A stretch of DNA of 64,000 nucleotides from Callorhinchus milii (lineage: Eukaryota). The position numbers were made by a program, and so were the translations under genes. The notes below the pieces were generated by a model. That model saw nothing but the letters and a program-made list of their open reading frames with translations. It made no database searches and was not told the origin of the DNA. How positions within the stretch are numbered: position 1 is the stretch's first letter; each line of letters starts with the position of its first letter. Shown one piece after another: positions 25,204 to 37,571 of the stretch. The DNA is taken from assembly GCF_018977255.1 (NCBI RefSeq), contig NW_024704742.1, positions 119,724,001 to 119,788,000 on the forward strand, given 5' to 3'.

Positions 25204-25669
25204 CAAAACGCAAAATACTGCAGATGCTGAAAATCTGAAACTAAAATAGAAGTCGCTGGGAACACTCAACAGGTCAGGCAGCATCTATGGAGAAAGGAAA
25301 GTGAGTTAACTTTTCAGGTCCATGACCCTTCGTCAGAACTGGGGCATATTGGGAGGGAGAGGCTTTTAAGGATTTACAGAGAGAGGGAAGCTGTACAGGG
25401 TAAGGAAGACAAAGGAGAAAATGGGGTAGAGGACAGGGGATGATGGGTTAAAGAGGTGTTAATACTGCAAAACAAAGAGGGGGGTGGGGGGGTGGAATTG
25501 CCACAAAACAGGCAGACCAGATAATGAAAAGGTGTGTCTGAGACCCAGATGATGTGGTATGGTCACAGAAGAGGGGGAGGGACAAGGTGAGCTGTTATGG
25601 TCTGAAATTATTGAAATCAATATTGAAGCCAGAGGGCTGTAAGGTCTCTAGCAGATAGATGAGGTGCTG
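25204..25669 (-). mobile_element. Penelope-like retroelement 3' end: GIY-YIG C-terminus, 3' UTR and terminal repeat
   Basis: Minus strand 25669-25595 encodes QHLIYLLETLQPSGFNIDFNNFRP*, matching the PLE endonuclease end (xLIxxLxTLxPxGxN). Followed by a pyrimidine-rich UTR and the terminal repeat. Confidence 0.85.
25304..25340 (-). ncRNA. Minimal type I hammerhead ribozyme motif in the Penelope terminal repeat
   Basis: Minus strand agtt-CTGACGA-a-gggtc-atg-gacct-GAAA-ag-TT-aact: catalytic boxes intact, stem II paired, stem I agtt/aact; helix III C replaced by A. Confidence 0.65.
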
Positions 25670-27062
25670 AGGAACAATATTTAACTTTTATCTCCTTTAA
25701 AACCATCCTTCAGTACACGGATAGTTAACTCACTGGCAGTAGCATCTAAACTAACAGTTAATTATGGATGGACCCAACTGTACAGCTAAATATGATCCCA
25801 TGGACTTATGTGGAATGGAGAAATTCTGCATGTGATCTGATACACATCAGATGTCACATCACAAATCACATTTCTCCTCCCCTTACCTGACCTTCTCCAC
25901 CCTTCCACTTTGTTAATCAGCTGTGAAAATCTGGGAGGCACTCCCAGTCAGAAGGTTAGTGATGACTATGACAACCTACTGAAAAGGTGCCCAGAAAAAC
26001 TGAACAAAGCAAAATGAGAAAAACAACATTTGCTTGAATTGTGTTAGTGTCCACAATCTTTGTTTGAGGGGCTATTCAATTCTTTTACAAGTGTGCTTTA
26101 AGCCAGTTTACTTATCTTTTGTTAAGATTTTTTTATTTTCATCAAAATATCAGATTACTCCTCCCCCACTTCCCCTCTGCCATGCCGCAAGCCACTCTCT
26201 GCCATTGTTATGCAATCAGCAACTTTATATTGCCCCAGATTTTCTACTGAGATATTCAATTGATCTTCTGATTTACTGACATGTGTAAATTACACTCTAA
26301 TATATATAACAATTTAAGCAGTGGCACGTATTGTTTATTGGTTGGCAGCTGATCACGTTCACTCAGTGATATAATGTACAATCAGACTAATTATTGTTTT
26401 TATGCAAGGAAATTGATGCTTTTGAGAGTGATCATACTTAGAAGCTTATCAAAAATGCAGCAGACTAGCCTGTTATGTTAGTGTCTGGGTAATAAATAAT
26501 TAAATAATCCTTGGATTTGATATCATGCCTACAACATTGAAAGCGTTTCACAGGTAATTGTAAAATGAAGTAACTGCATATTTCTAGGCAAATATGGCAT
26601 CCACTTTGTATACTTTGAGAGAGGAAATGCATCAGCTCCTGCATTATTAAGCTCGTCTGAATTCGATAAAAATTGGTAAATATCTATTTTTATTGGTTAC
26701 TGCGATGTTCTGCAATCGAACACAAATACATTTGCAGTGATAAAAATCATTATTTTGCATTGCTGGAAGGCAGAAATTTGAGAAAAAAACAAATTAAAAT
26801 ATGCCTGGAGGCTTTTGGCTGTGCGCAAATTGGCTGCCACGTTCATCTACGAGTACACAGTCACTACACGTAGCAATAAATTCTGTGAAGCACTTTGAGA
26901 CGTTCCAATAACATGATAAGATCATGGTATTCAAAGTGATGTTATCCATTGAAATCAAAAAAATAAAAATCAACTTCCACCAAAACTATAAATGATCTTA
27001 GTGCTTCTATTATGGTAAATGTGTACGTGAAATGATAGAATACTGGTTAACTCTTTTTCTCT

Positions 27063-27078
27063 CCACCAGATGGCACTA
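27063..27078 (+). promoter_or_regulatory. Candidate CTCF site (forward orientation)
   Basis: CCACCAGATGGCACTA closely matches the CTCF core consensus and lies in non-repeat DNA; motif match only. Confidence 0.5.
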
Positions 27079-29857
27079 ATAAGTCAAGCTTTTATTTCTT
27101 TCAGCTTTATCTCTGGTTTGGAATTGCTTACAATTATGAAGATTTTTGCAGTATGTGCAATATATGTTGAAAACACGCTGTGATTGTTTGCAAAATAAAT
27201 GAAGCTTCTAAAAATGTGAATTGTGCTATAGATGGCCAACAATCCCCCAAATAAAATTGGTCACTCCCTCACTGGCTGTTTGTAGGATTTTTGGATTTTA
27301 CTGGCTCCCCCATTTCACCCACAAAATACACGGTCAATCCATTTTACAGTATATCCTGTGAAGCTCTTTGAGACGTCTCAATGTCGTGATAAGGCACAAT
27401 ACCAAATGCAAGTATTATTATTCATCATTATTATGTGAGGATGAGGATCTTGAAATCGATCGATTTGGATATAGGGAGAGGAGTCTGGTGAACATTGGAG
27501 TGTTGGGCGATTTCCTGTGATGTGATCAAGATTGGTTTTAAAGTAAACAACTTGAGTGCCACTCACCATGGACTAATTCCCATGATAATGTACACTGTAC
27601 ACCCAGCGTGTCAGTGATTGCAATCTAACTCCCTGCAGTTACACAATACTATCAAACACAATGCCATTCTTGAAAAGAGCTGAAACTGGCATCATGCCCA
27701 GATTTGTCACTATTTATTCAAAAATAGCTAATCTTTTTGGATTACAGTCTTGTTAAATAATATCATTGAATCCACCTTTACTATCCNTTTTTTTTACTGC
27801 TTCTTGTAGCATTTAATTGTACAGTAACATTCATAATTCTACCTTCTATACCTGTGCTAGCAACTTATCTAATTTGGCCAGGTTGCGGCATAGGTGACTT
27901 GGGAATACTTAGAATAGTTTGTAGAATAAAAGAGCAAAATATTCTATTGATAAAGTTGGAGCTGCTGTTGACTTCAGAAATTAAAATTGCAAAGAAAGCG
28001 ATTTTTAACATCGGAATAAACCTTTGGATGCCATTTTGTACAGAGACATATAATGGTCTCAGAAAATACAGACAAACTTGTTCCCATTGTCAACTGTAGC
28101 CTATTTGTCAATAAACTAACAGAAAATCTACAGCCAATTCATGAACATCATCGCAGATCAAGTGGGCTGACCTTACCTAACTCGTGTTAACCTGCACCTC
28201 ACAAGATACAAAAAATCACAAGATTAGTTTGGATGAAGAAGACCCTTCAGTTCATCTGATCTCAGCCTTCCAGAATATCCACTTTATCAATCTGCTACAC
28301 CAGCATTAAACTGCTTTTTAAATGCGTCAAGTGTCCTGTCCTCAACTACCCTTCCTAGTAATTTAGTACATTCCAGGATGAACTAAACAGAGTGCATCCT
28401 CCATTCCAGATAAATGGAAATTTCCATACATATGTGGAACTCTCAGCAGTTTGGTTTAGTTTGGATACGCAAGCATGGTGAAAATAAAGGGTTGATATAC
28501 ATTTGCACTCCTTTTCAAATCATTTTATTCTCCTGTATGTCCAGTTGTGTCCTTTTGATACAGTAGACTTCATTGACCCCTTTAATTTTTTTCCTCTGAT
28601 CTCTTTTTGCAATGTGGGGTGATGTGCCAACAAGACATGTCTGAAGCTTCACTTGTCCCTCCACAGAATAACTTAGCCACCTCACTGAAGCAGCTTTTTC
28701 GGACCTCAGGCCCTTCTTCTGCTGCTGCTCCACTTGTTTTCTGTTGTGTTTTTATTTCCTCATTTTCATTGCGCTTATCAATGTCAATAATACATGTTCC
28801 TAAGGTCAATAATAACCTTGCTGTGATGCCTATCAGCAATGCTGTGGGCAGCTCTGGAACTTCAATCCAATTGGCAGCTCTTTTGGCAATCAATGCAGAC
28901 CCTTTCAGAGACTATTCACTGTTCGTGTACTCACAAAAAAAAATCCACTCTCTTTTAACTTAAACCAGGTTAACATTTTGAGGATAAATCCACTTGAATT
29001 TAGACCCTATAGTATAATTAGGCACAGATACCGGGGGAGGGTTTCACAACTTTGATCTAATCTGGGGATTTGGATCATAGCTACAACCTGTCTGAGCTTT
29101 GCTATCATGATTTATAACGGCACCTGCACAACTACAATGGAATAACCTTGGTGTTGTGCTTCTCAGTTGACCTTGCTTCGAGAGCCTCAAAATCTACTCA
29201 CATTCAAACACCACATTCATGTAATGTCAATGTTTTATTACACATTCATTTCAGAATTATTACTTGCAATAAACTGGAAATTTTGATGCATATTGCCAGG
29301 GTAGAATTACACTAAAAAGATAGTCCACAATGTTAGATTCAAAATTACTTATTGTGTAATGTGGTTAACACATGTGCCTGTTTTGCAATATTTTATCAGA
29401 TAAATCAATTCAGTCAGACACGAAGAGCAGAAATTATCTTCATTGTTTTTAACCCAAAAGGGTACTTGAATTCAAAAAAATGTTTTTAATGCATTAAACA
29501 ATTCTCCAGGTAAAATTGTCATTCACTTCATGGCTATTTTATGGATTTTGCTGTACATAAATTGGCTGCCTCTCTTGTCTGCAAAACACAGTCGCTATAC
29601 CTTACGTAAAATCCTGTGAAGCACTTTGGGAAGTTTCAACCATGTGATAAGGTAACATATTAAATGCAAGTATCATTATTATACAATTTGCTTCCACACC
29701 TCCTCAGCTTAACACTTTGATAAACTCATAAACTCACTGGTAATACATTTTAAAACCTATTAAAGAACTGGATGATCACTCCCAACAGTCTGGAGGTTGA
29801 GTAAAACTTCTATCTTTATCGTCAAACAATTCTGTACATTCTCAGGTCAATCATTTT

Positions 29858-30270
29858 GAGTTAAAGATCCTCATCCTCACCTCTAAGGCCATCCATGACC
29901 TTGCCCCCTCCTACCTCTCTGACCTGCTGACTCCTTACCAACCTGCCCAGTCCCTCCGTTCATCAGGCTCCGGTCTGCTCCATGTCTCCCGCCCGACCCG
30001 CCCTACCATTGGTGGCCGGGCTTTCAGCCTCTTTGCCCCCACACTCTGGAACTCCATCCCACGGTCCCTTTGCCTCGCTTCCTCCCTTGCCTCCTTCAAG
30101 GCCAGTCTCAAAACCCTTCTCTTCGACCGTGCCTTTGGTCTCCCTCCCATCTCTCTGCCTTCCCTCACCCCCTACACTAAACCTCCCCCATGCTCAGGCC
30201 CTGACATCTGACTGTTCCGACGTGGAAGGCGCTCTATAAATGTAGGTTTGCTGTTGTTTCTGTTGTTGTT
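29858..30270 (+). mobile_element. L2 LINE 3' fragment
   Basis: Near-identical to 15440-15860; (ttg)n tail. Confidence 0.9.
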
Positions 30271-31799
30271 GTGTGTGGTGCTTACCCCCTCCCCCCAATA
30301 ACATTACAGACATAAAGCTCAGGATAGCTGTACTACTCTGAATATAACTGTTAACTATTAAAATAAATATTGTTGAACAATCAGGTAAAAGGTTCACCGG
30401 AATGCAAATTATTTTCTCATTTAAATATTTTTCTGTGATGCATTTAATAACATCAAATTCAACTCAAAAGTGGATTTATTCTTAAATCGGACATGTAATT
30501 TGAAGAAGGGAGAATAGTGAATATTTATCAATCAAAGAGAAACTCCCTAGCCCTCCCCGATTCTCTGCCCTATGCTCTACCTGACTCCTCATCCATTGAT
30601 TTCCTGCTTGCTTGCCTCAGGCTGAATCATAGTGCGGTACTGATATTTTTAAGGGTTTCTGATTTTTGTGTGTTGCTCTGACTTTTCATTTTTTATTTGG
30701 AATGAAAAACAGAAAGCATACAACATTTTGGAGGGTCAGTCAGGTATTTGACACATGCAGAAACCCATCACCATGCTTAAGAGTATCCAAATGAGCCTGG
30801 GAGTTTCAAATACCCACATACATATGAAATTCCAGGGATATTTATTGGAATGGAACACGCACTCTCTCTGTGAAGGGAAACAGCCTGCTTACCTAGTTCT
30901 GGAAGGTAAGAGGCAAGAGCCAAGGCTTGGGGACCCCAGAGTATGTGTTTAGTACTGCTGGAATCTAACCAGCTAAAATCGCATAGCTCGCCATTGAGAG
31001 TACCGTCTGGCCGGATTTCCCACTGTTTGTCCAGCTACCATTAGGGATTTGGTGTGTAGGGTTAAGGGGAGTGTGTGGGAAGAGTTCCTGCCCCCAGTGA
31101 CTGATCTGCCCTTCCAAGTCCTGCCAATGAGTCAAGTTGGCCCTGGAGTATTGTGGGCCCAACTGGCTCGGGAACTGGATTACCAAGACTGCCACAGAGT
31201 GTGGATTCAATTCTGACATTGCCAAACATGTCACCTTGGAGCCAGTTCAGTTCTGAGGAGACCCCGCTTACCTCCCACCAAGGAAGACAGAAAGCATAAA
31301 AAAGGCAATCAGAAACAGCAAAAGGATAAGCATAAAAACAGCCAACCTCTTTACTATTTATCTATACACTGAACTATTTTTAACTTTAAAATCTAGTTCT
31401 TTGTTTTTTTGTGGTAGCTCTAAAGGTCCATTTTGAAAGCTGTAAATAACCCTATTTTCTCTGTTTCAGGATGAGAGAACTTGCCTGTGGTTTCTATTAC
31501 TGCTCCTTGGCTGGAAAGATCAATTAACTCTGATTGACAGGAACTTCAGGCAATTTTGTAAACCTTTGGGTCAGCTGGTTTATTAAGATTTCAATCCAGA
31601 ACGCACAATGTAGAAAGATTCCCGTATTACAACAACAACAAAATTACATTTATAGAGCGCCTTTCATGTCGGGAGGACATCCCAAGGCGCTGAAAGGCAT
31701 ATTACAGTAGTAATAGTATTACAGTAGTACTGCTGCACAATGTTCTATTACTGTATTGAAATAATATTTTTATATAAATAAAAATATTCATAATGCATT

Positions 31800-32805
31800 C
31801 TAGTTATGAGGAGAGGCTAGAATGATTGGGATTCTTCCTGGTGGAGCAGAGAAGGTTGAGGGGTGATAGAACAGAGGTTTTTGAGATAATGAAACGGTTT
31901 CAGAGAATTAATCGTGAAATACTATTTGTGACGGAAGGGAATTAGAGAACAAGAGAACATGAATTTAAGATTATTACTAGGGGAATAAAAGGAGAGGTTC
32001 GAGCAGAGCCAGATTTAGAAGTCTTGGGACACTGGGCACCAAAAACATTCAGGGCCCCTCCACACACATCTACACAATACCCCACCACCGCCGAATCCAT
32101 TAAAACACAAACCTGTCGTAAAATGCATGAAGAAATAGGCCTGTAAAATGTTTACACTACATTAATAATAAAGTAAATCATATTACAATATACTGTACTT
32201 AAATGAAACTCCTTTATTTTTCTCACATACACAAATAAAATAACTATGTTTGCTTTAGGAAAAATGATTATCCTGCATTCAATGATAACAAACCACACAT
32301 GTTGAGGGTATATGTGTCTAATAGAAATTGCCTGTGTTTTAGTAATATCATTATATTAAGTGTGTAACCAAATATGAACAAATACACACACACAAATAAC
32401 ATGAAAATGTATGTCTTATCTTTTAAAAGGTCATTTTTTTCCTGAGCTTTAAGGGACTCCAAGGTTTAAGGGGAAAGCAATTTGCACTTTCATTTGAATC
32501 CACCCTTGAATGAAAGTGTGAATTGTATGTTTTATTCAGACCCTCGCCACGCATGTTCTCTCATCTCTCCTAAACAAAAAACACATAATTTTTTTTTACC
32601 AGCAACTGGGAAGGTAGTACAAAAACTGTCCGGACAAGTTATAAAACAGCCAGGTACCAACCCTATTCCCTGCCTTGAGCCCCATGCTTGACTGGTGCCT
32701 CTGGGCATAGGCCCTATAGGTCTGAGCATTATTTAATCCCTAGATTTGGGAGAATTTTTCCTCCCAGAGTAAGGAATAATTTGCAGGGGTAACTGTTGGA
32801 GCAAA
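31800..32805 (+). mobile_element. Old CR1 3' fragment split by a ~740-bp probable non-autonomous DNA element (32004-32740)
   Basis: SYEERL...EQRRLRGD at 31802-31870; CR1-like sequence resumes at ~32745. The insert starts cagagccagattta, has gggccc-rich ends and an AT-rich centre. Confidence 0.55.
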
Positions 32806-32809
32806 GTCA

Positions 32810-34130
32810 CGAGATCACAAGATTAGTCTGGATGAAGAAGGCCCTTCGGTCCATCTGATCTTATCCCTCCATAATCCCCACAATACTGTTTTCCCATCAC
32901 TGCACCAAAGCCGCTTTTAAAATTAATCTGGTGTTCTGGTCTCTACCATCTTTCCTGGCAACTTGTTTTAGTTGTTGATTACCGTTTGCTGAAGCAAAAC
33001 TTCTTGATATCTATCCTGAAATTGCCCTTTATAACTCTAAACCCATGTCCTCTTGTTCCACTGACATTGATACATCGTAAAGCGTTGATCTGGGTTTACT
33101 TTTTCAATCTCATTTAAAATTTTGTGCTGAGGTCTCCTGCGTTGTTGTCTTCTCTCAAGACTGAAGAACCTTAGCTTGTTTAATCAATGCCCTTAACTCA
33201 TTCCTCTAACATTGGGGATGATATTCATTGCTCTCCTCTGTACTGCTTTTAGAGTCTAGGCAGCCTACTTATTGTTGCAGTGACCACAATTGTGTTTAGT
33301 ATTCAAAATGTGATCTGATTAGAGAACCGTACATATCTTGGGATCTAAATTCAACTGATGCAGCCCAGTATCCTGTTTGCCTTATTTACTGCTACCTCAT
33401 ACTGTTTTGACATAGTGAACAATGAGAACTCTTTCAGCTTCCCCCTTTTCAAGTTCAATCCCATTCATGGAGTACTTTTGTTCCCTATTCTTGGATCTCA
33501 TATGTAGCTTGCATTGATCTGTATTAAACTTAATTTGCCAGTTAGATATCAGCTCATGTGCTTACCCTATCAGGCTCTCTTTAAGGACCTTTGCTGCCTC
33601 CTCTAATTCCACAGTTCCTCACAATGTGATGTCATCTGCAAATTCAATCTTACACTGGGTCTGCAAATGTAGGTCACCAATATAAATGGGGAACAGGAGG
33701 GGTCCCAGTATAGACTCCTGAGCCACCCCACTTAATACTACTCCCCATTTTTATCTAGCTCCCCTAACAAAGACCCTCTGCTGCCTTCCCGTCAGCCAAT
33801 TCTGAATCCATGTCTTTGACCCAGTGATCAGTTTGTGAAAGGGTTTCTCATGAGGTACTTTGTAAAATGCCTTTTGGAAGTCTAGAAACTGTATATTACA
33901 TCATATGGCTTCCCACAGTCAATTTGGGTTGTCACCTCCTAAAACAAATGTCTTTGCGAATGGTCAGACAAGACCTACCCTTTCTGAACCCGTGTTGGCT
34001 GTCAATTATTGGAGTTTATATAGATAGTCTGCCACTTCATTTCTGATGATTGACTCCATATTTTTTCCTATTATTGAGGTCAGGCTAATGGGTCTATAGT
34101 TGTCTGGTTCAGTTTCACCACCTTTCTTGA
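32810..34130 (-). mobile_element. Old degenerate CR1 LINE (RT to 3' end)
   Basis: Tail ggatgaagaaggcccttcggtccatc (also at 28230); reverse-strand remnants of NYRPISL, QHGF, DFQKAF, GVxQxSILGP and FADD. Confidence 0.8.
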
Positions 34131-34809
34131 ATGAGAATAATAAATAATCCTTATATTTGGTACAGTGCCTTTCACATCAGGATGATGTCTCAAAGAGCTT
34201 CACAGGATATAATGTCACGTGGAGTGACTGTATTTTATGGATGTAATCAGCAGCCAATTTGCTCACAACATCTTTACATTTGGTATAGCACCTTTCATGT
34301 CAGAACGACTTCAGGCACACTTGTGCCACAGTCTTTTGCGGTGATTGATAACTGTTGCAGTGGCTGGCAGTGGGTAGTTTAGTCACAAACATTCACAAAG
34401 CAGATATTGATACAATTTTCTCCTTAATGTCATTCTTCAAAATGGTAAAAGCCATTGCATATTGTATTCTAGACAACAGACTCACTTTTAATATCGGTTC
34501 AGCCTACACTGCTGTTTATAATTGTCTAAAAATGAAGTAGACAACTGCAGAATCTGTCAATTAAAATGTTTTATCTTGGTTCTGCAATGTTTGCCTATCA
34601 TAAGGTGGTATTGGATAGATAAGGTGAAACTTGTTTCTCATTTACACTGGAGAGTCAGCAAGCCAAAGGAAACCTAGCATGTACTGTATCACTTTATGTA
34701 TGTCATTACAGAAGCGGAAGTTTCTCCTTTGCACATTGAAGTGTGAAGGCTTTGCACTGTTTCTGCAAGACTCTTGGGCCGAGGTATGTGTAACGGGTAA
34801 CTTAATAAA

Positions 34810-35100
34810 AACAGTCTTTGCATTTGATATAGTGCCTTATCACATCATTGAAATGTCTCAAAGAGCTTCACAAGAATTGCTGTAAGCCATTATGACTGCA
34901 TAATTATGGGTGAACGTGTCAGCTAATTTGTGCAAAGCAATATCCCACAAACAGCCATGTATGGAGTAACCAATTTTATCTGAAGTTGGTCAACGACATT
35001 GGGGAAAATTCCCTTCTCTTTTTGAATAGTGCCAGGGGATCTTCAACGACCACCTGAGCAGGTTTATATATCAACTGGAGGACGATGCCTCTGACAGAGC
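34810..35100 (-). mobile_element. Older SacSINE1-like SINE, 3' part
   Basis: ttgcatttgatatagtgcc tail and Deu core. Confidence 0.75.
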
Positions 35101-35269
35101 AGAAGCGACGAGACAGAAAGATTGAGGCAGAAAGTTCCAGAGATTAGGGGTGAAGTGGCTGAAGATACAGTTATTGGTGGTGGAGCTGCAAACCTATGTT
35201 TCCTGAGTGAAGGAGTGGGAAGATGAGTAGAGTATGAACAGTGCTTCCTCAGTAACTGGAGTTAGACAC

Positions 35270-36500
35270 CATAGAAATTTACAGCAACGAAGAAGGCCAT
35301 TCTATATGTAAGACCTTGCATACCCTGTCAAGTTTTCTTTGTAAGACCTTTGATCCTTCCCCTGATTCCACAGTTCCCTACAACTTGGTTGCAAATATAA
35401 CTACTGTACTTTACACTGTGTCTGCGGATCCAAATTAACAATGTAGACAAGGAACAGGAGGGCCCCAGTACAGATCCCTGTCACCAGCCACCTAACATCT
35501 CCCATTTTGACCCATCTTCCCTAATAACAACCCTCTACCTCGTTCCCTTCAACCAATTTTGAATCCATGTCCACATATCAAACTTGATATGTAGTGACTT
35601 CAGTTTGTGTAGGAGTCTTCCATGTGATACTTTGCCTTTGGAAGTCTAGATCTGTTACATCATACGGCATCTTTCGATCTCATCTGTCACTGCTTCACAA
35701 TTGCCTGAGGTTGGTCAGATAAGATCTGCCCTTTGTGAACCCATGTCATTTATTAGATTTTTTAAATACAAATTAACTTCCACAGTTGACTCATTTTTTT
35801 AACGATTGAGATCACAGGCCCACGGGCTAAATGGGTCTGCAGTTGCCAGAAATGATTGTCACTTTTTTTGATTATGGGAACAACATTTGCTTTCTTGCAG
35901 TACGTTTGAAGCTCACCAGTGATGATTGACTCCCTCATAGGAACACTATGTACAGCACTGACAGACATTTTTCATACAATGGGCCGTGTAACTCTGGAAT
36001 TATTCCCCCAAAAGGCTGGGTTGCCTGCAATTGTTAAGATTGAGATTAATAGATATTAATAGATAGCACAGGAGTAGGCTATTCAGCCCCTCAAGTCTGT
36101 GCCACCATTGTATTATATCACAGCTGATCTATACCTCAACTCCATTTACCCCCCTTTTCACATATCCTTAGATATCCTTACCTGACAAATATCTATTAAT
36201 CTCAATCTTAACAATTGCAGGCAACCCAGCCTTTTGGGGGAATAATTCCAGAGTTACATGGCCCATTGTATGAAAAATGTCTGTCAGTGCTGTACAAACC
36301 TCCTGCCTTGTCTCCCTATTTACCCTTGGGGTACAATTCACCCATTCTGGAGGATTGGTTAGTTTTAGCTCCTTGAGCCTAACTAGAACCTCAGCTTTCA
36401 ATGGACAAAATTCTGAGCTCAAATTATGTTTGCTGAATTCAGGGGACATATCTTAGTGTCCTCTCTGGTAAAACTTTACAGAAAGTAGTCATTTAATATG
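35270..36500 (-). mobile_element. Old CR1 RT fragment containing a nested CR1 tail and a local inversion
   Basis: ORF 35762 KKANVVPIIKK; ORF 36168 LKELKLTNPP...PRVNRE..QEVCTALTDIF. Confidence 0.7.
35949..36296. repeat. 109-bp inverted repeat (35949-36057 / 36188-36296) with a 130-bp spacer
   Basis: Arms read directly as reverse complements with one mismatch (gggccgtgtaac vs gggccatgtaac). Confidence 0.95.
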
Positions 36501-36509
36501 TTTGAAGAG

Positions 36510-36672
36510 ATTATTAACCCCAGAAAAGCGATCTGCCAATTGACTAACAATCGGGTTCCTACTTTTCACTAGATAAACAGGCTTGTGGAGTAAGGAAACT
36601 GGCCTAATGTTTTGCCTTGCCCAGGAATCAAACCCAGATCCTCTGGCTTGTGAGGTGAGTGCTCTAACCAAT
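36510..36672 (-). mobile_element. Deu-domain SINE 5' part (long variant)
   Basis: Homologous to 1-180 and 57915-58087. Confidence 0.75.
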
Positions 36673-37571
36673 AGGCTTCAGCACTTTGAAGCTGAATAGA
36701 AAAGTGAAAAGTGACTTAAATAGAAAAGTGCTCAGCAACTATGGAACGTGTGTATAACCAGTGACCTCGCTAATTCTTTGTAATTAAGCTAAGAGAATCA
36801 ACAGATAAAAACATATTTTGTAGGTCAAAAAGTTGATCCATTTGATAGCAATAGAGCTGATAGTGGTAGTGAGTGTGTTGTGGCTCACATTAATGCCTAA
36901 TTTTGCGTCAGAAAATCTTACCATTTTTGTGTATCTGGAAATACATCAATTTAATCTTGATACTTTTTCCACTGTAGTTTGGATTCCCAAGCAAGATCAA
37001 ACTTAGATTTGGATTTTTCTGTGGATTAGTTCTTTACACTGAATTAGAAATGGGAATTAAATCAGCTTTGCAAGCTTTATGATTTGATATCAGTTTCTTT
37101 GGATAAACAATTCATTGAAGTAGTAACTTGCCAAAAGCTGGTAAAGTAGTTTTCAGAAGTCAGTTTCCAGAACCATCTCGATGACTAACCTTCACTTTCA
37201 AGGGCATCCATTGCCTTGCCCCCTCCTATCTCTCTGACCTGCTGACTTCCTACCAACCTGCCCACTCCCTTTAAGTGCTTTAGTTTAAATCGCTTAAAAC
37301 ATGTTGCCAAGTTTTGAGGTTTCCTGGCAAGAAGTCATCTCAGATATTTGTATGCTAGCTGTACGTAAGTACTGATTCTGTGAGATACTAATAAGCAGAG
37401 GTATTACATTTCCCAGTCAGAAGTTAGATTTTGTGTTCTGTTCCCACAAGCTGCCAAATATGCATTGGCCAAGTTTATCCTAACTGGGATCTTTTTTCTC
37501 AATGTGCTCTTGCTACAAAGGGGCTTTTGAAGCCTTTTGAAATTAGTTTGTGTCTACTCATGATTTATCCT

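Noticed and set aside
27787..27787. Single N base
   Set aside because: Sequencing or assembly ambiguity beside a poly-T run; not biological.
31470..31586. Plus-strand acceptor followed by DERTCLWFLLLLLGWK...
   Set aside because: Hydrophobic but has no start codon or good donor and ends in a stop; cannot be linked to the receptor.
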